Positions 9,991 to 18,387 of a stretch of 34,895 bases of DNA are shown piece after piece. The stretch is from an uncultured Dokdonia sp. (GTDB lineage: Bacteria; Bacteroidota; Bacteroidia; Flavobacteriales; Flavobacteriaceae). The stretch spans positions 1 through 34,895 of the forward strand of contig CAKZKZ010000535.1 of assembly GCA_937124495.1 (NCBI GenBank), read 5' to 3'. The notes beneath the pieces were generated by a model, which saw only the letters and a program-made list of their open reading frames with translations, was not told where the DNA came from and ran no database searches. The translations under genes were made by a program, and so were the position numbers. Position 1 is the first letter of the stretch. Each line of letters opens with the position of its first letter.

Positions 9991-10006
9991 TCCTCATTTA
10001 TAAGGA
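9991..10006. promoter_or_regulatory. Operator candidate TCCTCA-TTTA-TAAGGA upstream of the TIR operon
   Basis: 11 of 12 arm positions match the palindrome at 6759-6774, with the same 4-nt spacer. Confidence 0.5.
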
Positions 10007-10078
10007 GACATTTTCTACCTAAAACCTATGTTTTTTAGATGATTCCGCCTACTTAATTTTAACTCAAAATTAATTAGG

Positions 10079-10654
10079 ATGGAACAACAGGATTTTACTT
10101 ACGATATAGCATTATCATTTGCTAATGAAGACTTAGCAATAGCTCAAGCAATAGCAGGAGAATTAAAAAGGTTACATATAAAGCCTTATCTATATACCGA
10201 AGAGATTACACTAACTAGTAATCTTACAGCAAATACTTGGAATGTTTACACACAAGAATCTCGTTTTGTACTAGTCGTCATTTCAAAAGACTACAAAGAA
10301 AAGAAATGGGCCAGTCTTGAGTGGGATGCTATACAGACTGTGCATCGTCCTAAAGGAATTCCATATATGATCCCATTACGTATTGATGATACAGAACTAC
10401 CTGGGTTACATCCAGATATTATTTTTTCAAAATGGGAAGGAAATGCTTCGCATACAGCTATTTCTTTATTTGAGCTTATTTTCTCAAAATCAACTAAAAA
10501 GAAGATAAAAGCAAAGAAAAAAATAAAAACTAAAAATAAAGAGAAACCTAAAATAGAACCTCGATCTCATACTATAGATTTAAGAGGAGCTACTACAAAC
10601 AATAATACTATTCTTAATGGTGATGGTAATATTAATTTAAGTAAAAAGGATTAA
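10079..10654 (+). CDS. TIR-domain protein (TIR_2-like) with a Lys-rich linker and a C-terminal N/G-rich motif
   Basis: YDIALSFANED, SRFVLVVISKDY, WASLEW (Glu81 at the usual TIR NADase catalytic position), IPLRIDD; tail TIDLRGATTNNNTILNGDGNINL. Confidence 0.9.
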   Translation: MEQQDFTYDIALSFANEDLAIAQAIAGELKRLHIKPYLYTEEITLTSNLTANTWNVYTQESRFVLVVISKDYKEKKWASLEWDAIQTVHRPKGIPYMIPLRIDDTELPGLHPDIIFSKWEGNASHTAISLFELIFSKSTKKKIKAKKKIKTKNKEKPKIEPRSHTIDLRGATTNNNTILNGDGNINLSKKD

Positions 10655-10692
10655 TTTTTTATCTGATCTAAATAATATTAATCAATAATCTT

Positions 10693-13302
10693 ATGGAAGA
10701 AAAAGGAAAGGACACTTTGGATAGTAATAAAATAAAAGAAGAAAATAAAGATGTTCAAGAAAAACATGTTATCGGGAAATCACTAGATAAGGAAGAAAAG
10801 GAAATCCGAGAAAAAGAAATAAAATCTAAAGAAAGAACATCTACGTTCAATGCAGAAAATGCTAATCTAGAAGGGAATAATATTCTCAATGGTGATGGAA
10901 CTATAAATGTAGAAAATCATAATCATTATAATAATGAAGAAGTATTAGGGTTGCCTACTTCATTAGAATTAATTGATCCTAATGATATTAAATTTAATGT
11001 TGATAGCTGTAGTTGTCAGTATATACCACTTTTATTAGAAGAGTATTTTATCATTTTAAATTGCGCTCATGATGGTATTGCGAATAGTTTAAAACAAGCA
11101 GTTGCACAAGACAAAAAATTTGAATCCTTTTTGAAATATGAAGTGTCTTTTGATGACTACTCGCAATCTAATATATCTTACCTAATAGAGCATTGTCAGA
11201 CAAGAATTATAAAAAATGAGCAAAAACTTTTACTATTTATCTATGATAGCTATAGTACTGAAACACCAAAATTATTAAGATCAATAACAAAAATAAATAA
11301 CTTAGGAAGAACTAAAATTCTTAATCTATTAAGAAATAATATTTATATAATTTATTTGTCATATCATGACAATCAAAATTATTTAAATACGTCATGTTTT
11401 AATTTCTACTATATAGATGCATTTAATATTTACGCAAAAAATAGATCTTTCTCAAGAGAACGTATTCTACTGATTAAAAAGCAGCAAACTAAAGGTTTGT
11501 GGGGGAATGATAGGGAGTTGCTTGCAGATTTAGATAAATATGAATCAGAAGTTGAGGTCGAAAGTATTATCCTTAATAAGGAAAAAGAAGAGAGAGTAGA
11601 TTTTAAAAGTATCATAAAAAACAAGAAACAACCTATTGCTCGCTACGTTCTTTTTGTCGCAACTTTTCTTCCAAAAATTACTCCTGATGTATTTAGGGAG
11701 TATATAAATACACTATTAAGTGACAAAACAATTCCTGTTAAGAAAAAACGATTGTACCTATCTGAAATCTGGAATGATGAGGCAGATGATATTTTAGATG
11801 ATTGTCAATTGATATCTTACAATAATAACAATCAGCGAATTATAGGTTTCACCTCTACTGCTGATGCTTTATTGTGTGAGCAGCAGCTTTTTAAGTCTAT
11901 AAATTTTGTAGACCAACAGGCTCGTATTCTTATAGAATCGCAACAATTATTCACTGAAAATACTTCGAAAAGAGAGTATGAAAGAATATATCTGATTATA
12001 ACAAAATTATCTTCTTCTTTTAGAGCTTTTTATGGAGATGAATTGTTGAGAAAATGGCTGATTGTTATTGAAAATCAAAGGAAAAAGAGTGAAGATTTAC
12101 AATTAGAGTCTAATATAATAAGACTATATAGAAAACAGATAAAAGATAAAATTAGAGAGCTTGAGAATCTTCAATACAAAGAAGATAAACTAGCAGCATT
12201 TAAATCAATAGCACCAATAAATTTAAAGTATAAGTATGATGCATTGATAAATGAATTAAAAATTACCAAGTTCTTATTTTATAAAGAAGAAAGTTATCCT
12301 AAAGATTTGGAAACCAGCGCTATTACTGAGGAGTTAAAAGTTTTAAGAGATGATCTACTAGAAAAGTTGCAAAAAATAGAAAAAGAAAAGAACAAGATAT
12401 CTAATAAGGTAAATAAAAACGTTGAGTTCTTTGCTAATTTATTGTCTACAATCTATAATAAAGATAGCTCAAGAGATATTGTTTTTGATTTTTTCACAAG
12501 AGCTTTTGCAACTATTTACCGTAATTATATTGTTGTTGATGTTCTTAATAAATTTCAAGTGCAACATGTTGATTTTAATGGATTTGAATATTACAAGCAA
12601 ACATTAGAAAATAACAATAAAAAAACTAATAAATACGCTTTTCAAGCTTTTATTAGTTTATTCTTAAGCCAACCTGAACATTTCTATCTTTTTGTAGAAC
12701 GCATAAAGCAGTGGTTTCCAAAACAGGAGACACCTTATAAATCGTACACAAAATTAGAAAAATATACTCTAGCAATATTATATGTGTATTTAAGTACTCA
12801 AATGAATTCTGATAAATCTAATAATAGACTTATTAATGGAAATACTCAACGAAGCTTATTTGCTATTGAAAATGGGTTTTCTAAATATATCCATTTTATT
12901 ATTTATAATATATATAATCTGCATTTAGTAGACATATTAGACGAACTATTCTTTAATGGCTTTGAAGATAAAAGAATACAAGAAGATAAAATAAAATTAA
13001 AGTGCGCGGAGATTATAGAATATTGGTATCAATTATTAAAAGGCTTGATAATTAATCAAGAAAATAATAAAAGTATGCTTATTTATATTGATAGTATTCA
13101 TGAGCAATTAGATAAGTCTCAAAAAAGAACTTTAATCACCCAGCTTGGGGAAATCCGGAAATTATATAATGAACGAATATCAAATACTAATAATAGTATA
13201 GATGTTTTAATATCTAAAAGTACTGATCATAAAGAAGAGAAAGAAAGAATTAAAACCAAGCGAAACAACGTAGCAGAATTCATTAACCTCGTAAAAAAAT
13301 AA
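10693..13302 (+). CDS. 869-aa hypothetical protein: N-terminal N/G-rich motif, possible inactive P-loop/STAND-like domain, coiled coil, helical C-terminus
   Basis: Long ORF within the operon. aa 51-73 resemble the TIR tail. FIILNCAHDGIANSL and LLLFIYD sit where Walker A and B would be, without GKT. The CDS is secure; the domain call is tentative. Confidence 0.7.
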   Translation: MEEKGKDTLDSNKIKEENKDVQEKHVIGKSLDKEEKEIREKEIKSKERTSTFNAENANLEGNNILNGDGTINVENHNHYNNEEVLGLPTSLELIDPNDIKFNVDSCSCQYIPLLLEEYFIILNCAHDGIANSLKQAVAQDKKFESFLKYEVSFDDYSQSNISYLIEHCQTRIIKNEQKLLLFIYDSYSTETPKLLRSITKINNLGRTKILNLLRNNIYIIYLSYHDNQNYLNTSCFNFYYIDAFNIYAKNRSFSRERILLIKKQQTKGLWGNDRELLADLDKYESEVEVESIILNKEKEERVDFKSIIKNKKQPIARYVLFVATFLPKITPDVFREYINTLLSDKTIPVKKKRLYLSEIWNDEADDILDDCQLISYNNNNQRIIGFTSTADALLCEQQLFKSINFVDQQARILIESQQLFTENTSKREYERIYLIITKLSSSFRAFYGDELLRKWLIVIENQRKKSEDLQLESNIIRLYRKQIKDKIRELENLQYKEDKLAAFKSIAPINLKYKYDALINELKITKFLFYKEESYPKDLETSAITEELKVLRDDLLEKLQKIEKEKNKISNKVNKNVEFFANLLSTIYNKDSSRDIVFDFFTRAFATIYRNYIVVDVLNKFQVQHVDFNGFEYYKQTLENNNKKTNKYAFQAFISLFLSQPEHFYLFVERIKQWFPKQETPYKSYTKLEKYTLAILYVYLSTQMNSDKSNNRLINGNTQRSLFAIENGFSKYIHFIIYNIYNLHLVDILDELFFNGFEDKRIQEDKIKLKCAEIIEYWYQLLKGLIINQENNKSMLIYIDSIHEQLDKSQKRTLITQLGEIRKLYNERISNTNNSIDVLISKSTDHKEEKERIKTKRNNVAEFINLVKK

Positions 13303-13304
13303 TC

Positions 13305-15095
13305 ATGATAAAGACATTTGAAAATATCTTAAGAATAATATCTCCAGATAATAAACATATTGATGAAGAAAATGAGCAACTTATTATTTTAGAAGACAAG
13401 ACAGGAGAATTTTATTATGAAGAAAATTTATCCTTAAAGGCAAGAAAGCTCTTGGGCTATAAATTCTCTTATTATGTTGTGAATTTTAGTGAATTTGCAA
13501 AGGTTGAAAATTTGATATGTGAACTTAGTGATCCTAACAAAGGCATTACTATAAAACTAGAAATGTCTTTTGATATTAGTTGTATTAGAGGTAAGGCAAC
13601 AAAAGTTATTGATTTTTTAAGAAATGCAGACGATCCACATAAAGTATTAAAGCGTTCGTTTTCAAACTGGATTCGCAAATTTGCAAAAGATCATCCTAAT
13701 TTTACAGATGATTTTTTAAAACTAGATCAAGAAATTCGATTGTTTATAGAAAATCAAGCAAAACGAAAAGGGTTTACAATCAATATAACTCATTTTGCTC
13801 CAAGTTATGATAATGATCTTAATCAGAGTCTTGAACATATTGCGTTTGTACATACAACTACTTGCGAAGTGCTAGATTATCAAATTGAAGTAAAAAGTAA
13901 AATAGTAGTTAACCTAATAAATAGAAGGGTATTCTCTTGGCGTAACATAGAAGATCCTGAAAAATGGATTAAAGAAAAGACAGATACTATCATTCAAAAT
14001 GAGCTTATTAATAAGTCTTTTATTCAAATTATTAAGGACTTTGATAGATTATTAAAGAATAACATCTTAAAAAAACTAGATGCAGAAGTTAAAAATATTG
14101 GTTATTCTATTCAACACATTGTTTCTGTGCCAAGTCAGGAAATCGCAGATTTTATAGATGGCTTTACTATTGAGCTTGACAATAATTTACAATATGCTAC
14201 TTCTAAAACTGAAATCAAGGTTCCCTTAAGTGTTACTATAGAAGGTAAAGGAACAAAAATTGAAGGAATTAATCCAAAATATATTAAACCTAAAAAATCA
14301 ATTATTGATGCTGTTCAAAAAGAAACTATACAGATTATTACTAGTATTATAAGAAATACACCGCCAGAAAACTATTACACTCAATTTGATGCACTAAGTC
14401 TAGAAATTAAAGAACGTTTAAGAGATACATATTCTTTTAATTTTAAGATGGATGCAGATGACCTTAGAATTTCTATAAGCTCTCTTCGTACTGGGTTAGA
14501 AGAGAGATATGATAAATTATTTGCTGAATACGGAAGTATAATTATTGAAAGTCAATCTCAACATACCTTTTATGAAATACGGTTTGGTATAGCAGCCGTT
14601 AGTAATTGGTTTATTTTTCATAAGAATCATATTAAATACGACAATCAGACCGCCCTTGAATACAAAGAAATAGGGGATTATATTAAGAATAATATTGAAT
14701 TAGAAGTAATGCGTATTGAAAGCGCTTATATCAATAATATAGATTCAAGAAAGTTAGATGAGGGGATTATAGAGTTATTTAAGAACTCCCAATATATTAT
14801 CACTGAAGAGTTTGGACTTCAATTAAAATCACCACGTTTAAAAAGAGTAAAGAAAAGTGATGATTCATCTAATCATTTTGACATACAGCTTCTTATAGAA
14901 AAGAAGAATGATATCAAGAGAGAAATGACTCAAGCTTTACTGGCAGAAGATGATGAGCTTATAGATGAATTATCAGAAAAGCTAGAGAAGATAAATCGAC
15001 ATACTCAGGATGTAACAAAGAATAACGCTACTTCATTATTTGGAACAGATCCTCAAGTAAAAAAGATTACAGATAATGATAACGAATCGTCCTAA
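13305..15095 (+). CDS. 596-aa hypothetical protein with up to four tandem SPFH/Band-7-like units and a C-terminal coiled coil
   Basis: Repeated strand-strand-helix-helix-helix-G-h-x-h pattern, units ending KGFTINI, IGYSIQHI, NFKMD..LRISI, FGLQL. Starts 2 nt after the upstream stop. Domain call is by eye. Confidence 0.65.
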   Translation: MIKTFENILRIISPDNKHIDEENEQLIILEDKTGEFYYEENLSLKARKLLGYKFSYYVVNFSEFAKVENLICELSDPNKGITIKLEMSFDISCIRGKATKVIDFLRNADDPHKVLKRSFSNWIRKFAKDHPNFTDDFLKLDQEIRLFIENQAKRKGFTINITHFAPSYDNDLNQSLEHIAFVHTTTCEVLDYQIEVKSKIVVNLINRRVFSWRNIEDPEKWIKEKTDTIIQNELINKSFIQIIKDFDRLLKNNILKKLDAEVKNIGYSIQHIVSVPSQEIADFIDGFTIELDNNLQYATSKTEIKVPLSVTIEGKGTKIEGINPKYIKPKKSIIDAVQKETIQIITSIIRNTPPENYYTQFDALSLEIKERLRDTYSFNFKMDADDLRISISSLRTGLEERYDKLFAEYGSIIIESQSQHTFYEIRFGIAAVSNWFIFHKNHIKYDNQTALEYKEIGDYIKNNIELEVMRIESAYINNIDSRKLDEGIIELFKNSQYIITEEFGLQLKSPRLKRVKKSDDSSNHFDIQLLIEKKNDIKREMTQALLAEDDELIDELSEKLEKINRHTQDVTKNNATSLFGTDPQVKKITDNDNESS

Positions 15096-15096
15096 A

Positions 15097-15372
15097 ATGA
15101 ATATTCCAAAGTTGCAGTCGTATGCTTCTTTAAATAAAACTGAAAAATTAAGAAGGGGAATAAAGATGCACCCAGTACAAGTAGTCAACCTAGCACCTAT
15201 AAAGTTACTTGCTATATATAGATTACATAGATATACACTACTTAACCATCCACTAAAATCCTTTTTAAAATCAATACGATTAGATAAGATTTCTATAAAG
15301 CATAAACGAAGTTATATAAAACTCAATAACTCCCTAGTATTAAAGCCAATCGTTAAAATTCATAAACCATGA
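15097..15372 (+). CDS. Small, very basic hypothetical protein (91 aa; alternative start 15076)
   Basis: ATG 1 nt after the upstream stop and an ATGA overlap with the downstream gene; fills the operon gap exactly. Confidence 0.55.
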   Translation: MNIPKLQSYASLNKTEKLRRGIKMHPVQVVNLAPIKLLAIYRLHRYTLLNHPLKSFLKSIRLDKISIKHKRSYIKLNNSLVLKPIVKIHKP

Positions 15373-16433
15373 AATCATTATTACTATTTCTATCAAAAAC
15401 AGATAAAGATGTTTATCATAAATGCCCCAGAAGCGCTAAGAATACACAATTGGCTTTTGGATTATTTGTATTACTCACAGGGATTCTAGCATTTTGTTCT
15501 GGAACGTATGCTATATTAAATATGTTTACAGATTTCGATTGGGAAACCAATGAGGTGTCTTTTAATAAACAAGGATACTTAATTGCACCTCTTTTAGGAT
15601 TATTATATGCTACAATGATTATTGCTATAGATCGTGAAGTTGTAGCTGCTAAAAGTAAGGGGACAGCTTTCGTAAGACTACTGTTAGCATTGGTTATTGG
15701 GATTATTGTAGCGATACCTATCGAACTTAAACTATTAGAAGGTAAGATAGAAAAACAACTTATTACAAATTATAAAACCGAAAATCAAAATGAAACACAA
15801 GAAAAAAAGGAAGCTATTGAAGGAGTGAAAACTAGAAAAAGTGTGCTGGAAGGTGATATTGCTAAAGCTCAAAAAGAGATAAATAGATGGTCTGAAATCA
15901 TGGAGCAAGAAGCTGTAGGAAAAGTTAGAAATGGAAGAACAGGAAAAGCCGGTACTGGCCCTGCATATCGAGAAGCCGAACGTAATATGAACTTACATTT
16001 AGAAAATAAAAGAATTGCACAAAAACGTTATGATGATTTTATGGATAATGAGTATAATGGAGAATTACAAAATGCTAACAAAAGATTTGAAGATCAGCAA
16101 ATTGTACAACAATTTGATTTGCTTTCTAAATTTCAGGCACTTCATCAAGTTATAGAAGAAGATAAAACGGGGAGTACTAAATGGATGAGTTGGGGTATTC
16201 GTATTCTATTTATTTTATTTGAAATTATCCCAAGTTTGATTAAGTTAATGACTTCGTCTACCGAATATGATGCATTATTAGAAGCTCGAAGACGTATGAA
16301 TATACAATTTGCGTATGCTAGGGCAAATGAAGCAATGTCTGAGATTAAAAGTGATATTGACCTAATTATTGAAGATGAAGATAAGATACCTTTGCCCTAT
16401 ATGGATGAGATACAAAAGCGTATTATGACATAA
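15369..16433 (+). CDS. DUF4407-like membrane protein (3 TM + coiled coil + TM)
   Basis: G..VLLTGILAFCSGTYA, MIIAIDR, RLLLALVIGIIVAIPIELKL, E..G...TGKAGTGPAY and LFILFEIIP.L.KLM match the family pattern as I recall it. Confidence 0.8.
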   Translation: MKSLLLFLSKTDKDVYHKCPRSAKNTQLAFGLFVLLTGILAFCSGTYAILNMFTDFDWETNEVSFNKQGYLIAPLLGLLYATMIIAIDREVVAAKSKGTAFVRLLLALVIGIIVAIPIELKLLEGKIEKQLITNYKTENQNETQEKKEAIEGVKTRKSVLEGDIAKAQKEINRWSEIMEQEAVGKVRNGRTGKAGTGPAYREAERNMNLHLENKRIAQKRYDDFMDNEYNGELQNANKRFEDQQIVQQFDLLSKFQALHQVIEEDKTGSTKWMSWGIRILFILFEIIPSLIKLMTSSTEYDALLEARRRMNIQFAYARANEAMSEIKSDIDLIIEDEDKIPLPYMDEIQKRIMT

Positions 16434-16464
16434 GTATTTTTGAATTTAAGCAAAAAAATGTCAC

Positions 16465-16492
16465 AAGTCGAACTTTTTAGTTCGACTTTTTT
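16465..16492 (+). terminator. Intrinsic terminator closing the TIR operon
   Basis: AAGTCGAACT-TTTT-AGTTCGACTT followed by TTTT. Confidence 0.85.
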
Positions 16493-16674
16493 ATTTGATC
16501 AATAAAAGCCATAAAGGTCCCTTAAATTCTTTTATATATTTTTGCAAAAAAAATACATTAATATGCTCATTTATAATGAGGTAAAATCAACATATTCTAG
16601 GAATAAAAATAAAAATAAAAGTAAAAGAGAAAGCTTTGAATATTTAATACGATTAATAATTTAAATCTAAAAAT

Positions 16675-17713
16675 ATGATTAGTAATCAACTAAAAGCTAC
16701 TACTGATAAATGGAGTAATTCTTTTTTAAGACCATTAATACCTCCTAAACTTTTATGAAATTCTGAAATTAAAGGGACTGAAGATGACGGAGTAAAACTA
16801 ATTTATTTAAAATTCCTTTATGGCATACAGAATGGACACTACTCAACTAGACCAACTGATGGCGGAATTGGAAATATAATTAAAGATTTAAATGAAGAAT
16901 CACTTTGGCTGTATTCAATGAAAAATGAATCAACCCTGAAGGATTTAGAGCTCAAAAGAAAAAAAATAGTGAAGTCATAGGAACTGGAGAAATTAAGAAA
17001 TGTATTATCTGTAGAGGCCAAGGGAAGGTGAGTTGCTCGCCTTGTGGTGGTAAGATACGTTGGACTTCCAAAGGTTTTAATGGTAACAGAATTGAAAATG
17101 TTTGTTCTTGTGGAGGTGGGAAAGAATTTTGCGAAAAATGTGATGGCTTTGGAGATGTAGAAGTAGTAATTCGAACTCAAAAAGAGTATAAGCTTTTTAA
17201 TACAAAAAACTCACAATACACAGGAGAAGTTCCCGAAAAGGAAATCAAAAAAATTACAGGAGATCTAATTTATGAGCAGATTTATGAATACCCATTAGAT
17301 ATGGTTCGTGAAATGTTAGTTGGAGGAATTGACGCAAATGAATTTAATCAATTAAATAATAAAGTACTAGATCACTTAAAACAAAGTATAGACAAACAAT
17401 TAAAAGAACCTGGAGATATTGATACGAGTAAAATACATAATCAATTAGATATTCTTTTTAGTTCATTACCAAACCCAGAAAAAGAAAATAAATTCTTGAA
17501 TACGAAGTTATACCAATCCGTGTCTTGGTTAGAGTTGAAAATGCGCCTGTCAAACAAATTGATTATAATTATAAACAAAAAGATTATTCTCTTTGGGTAT
17601 ATGGTAAAGAAAATTCTGTATAGGTGCAGAAAACACCATCAAGTTTTAATTATAAAATGATGACTCTTTTGGTTTTGTTATTAGGTCTTATAGTTATGGG
17701 GCTTTTTGTCTGA
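16675..17713 (+). pseudogene. Disrupted gene for a DnaJ-type CxxCxGxG zinc-finger protein with a C-terminal TM helix
   Basis: Reconstructs as MISNQLK...PKLL*(16756)NSEIK... [frameshift near the A8 run 16959-16966] ...CIICRGQGKVSCSPCGG...CSCGGGKEFCEKCDGFG... [frameshift near 17490] ...LWVYGKENSV*(17621)VQKTP...LLVLLLGLIVMGLFV-stop. Confidence 0.75.
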
Positions 17714-17782
17714 TCTTCTTAGATTCTATCTATGATAGCAATATGAATTGACCTAATTATTTTCAGATGTAAATATTCGTTC

Positions 17783-17894
17783 CGCTTTCGCGAAAGCGGA
17801 TAAAAAAAGAAACCCAATAGATAGTATAGAAGTAATAAAACGAGAGCGTAGCATAGGTGATAACGTATGGTTGATACCACAAGGTACGGAAACT
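17783..17894. repeat. Right copy of the 112-bp direct repeat; gives a truncated 33-aa duplicate of the peptidase N-terminus (17753-17854, minus)
   Basis: Reads MLRSRFITSILSIGFLFLSAFAKAERIFTSENN*; identity with the peptidase stops exactly after the palindrome. Confidence 0.95.
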
Positions 17895-18069
17895 TTAAAA
17901 AAATAATTAATGCAGGTTTAAGATAAATTTCACCCTCATTTTGTTTAAAATACGGATGTAAAGTTACTGTTTGCTAGTATTTAATGATTTATGTTGGTAT
18001 ATTTAGAGTATCATGAGGCACTGATTTTGATGTCTTCATGAACCAAAAGAGATTAAAATAAGGCTTAAT

Positions 18070-18279
18070 ATGAAAAAGTTAGTACATTTAAAAGGAGCAG
18101 AAGCGCTCACCTCCAAACAACAAAAGAAGATTACTGCAGGATTTGGTTTTTTGCCAGCTAATAGAGATTGTTGTGGGTGTGTGGTTCAAAATAACCGAGG
18201 GTTTATGGAAATCATAGAACTAAGTTGTGATCTTAGTTGTCCTGATGGCGGTCAATCTGTATCAGGATTAGGTTGCTAA
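18070..18279 (+). CDS. 69-aa Cys-rich peptide with a double-glycine-type leader (bacteriocin/RiPP precursor-like)
   Basis: MKKLVHLKGAEALTSKQQKKITAG resembles Bacteroidota 'L.K.QQK.I.GG' leaders; six Cys in the core; own terminator. Confidence 0.7.
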   Translation: MKKLVHLKGAEALTSKQQKKITAGFGFLPANRDCCGCVVQNNRGFMEIIELSCDLSCPDGGQSVSGLGC

Positions 18280-18340
18280 ATTCGGAGACATTATAAATAA
18301 AAAAATCTTTTATAGTTTTTATACTACAAAAGATAATTTG

Positions 18341-18387
18341 TAAAAAAAAACAAGAGCTTCAGATCTTATGATTTGGGGCTTTTTTTA
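18341..18387 (+). terminator. Terminator between convergent genes
   Basis: A-run, AGCTTCAGATC-TTAT-GATTTGGGGCT stem (G-U pairs), T-run. Confidence 0.65.

Larger units (their letters stand above)
5570..17894. mobile_element. Direct-repeat-bounded genomic island (12,213-bp unit) carrying conflict/defence-type genes; no integrase or transposase seen inside
   Basis: 112-bp flanking direct repeats; accessory cargo (caspase, TIR, pseudogene); interior looks more AT-rich than the flanks by eye (not computed). Confidence 0.75.

Noticed and set aside
16563..16664. 33-codon ORF, and CTCATT-TAT-AATGAG as a third operator copy
   Set aside because: The ORF is low-complexity AT-rich sequence; the palindrome's spacing differs from TCCTCA-N4-TGAGGA.
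16959..16966. Phase variation at the A8 tract
   Set aside because: The gene carries three other lesions, so slippage here could not restore it.
17028..17660. 210-aa ORF as an intact gene
   Set aside because: It is the middle fragment of a frameshifted pseudogene; it starts mid zinc finger and its tail is out of frame.
5682..17782. Prophage, ICE or IS identity for the island
   Set aside because: No integrase, transposase, relaxase or phage structural gene is recognisable, and no terminal inverted repeats were seen.
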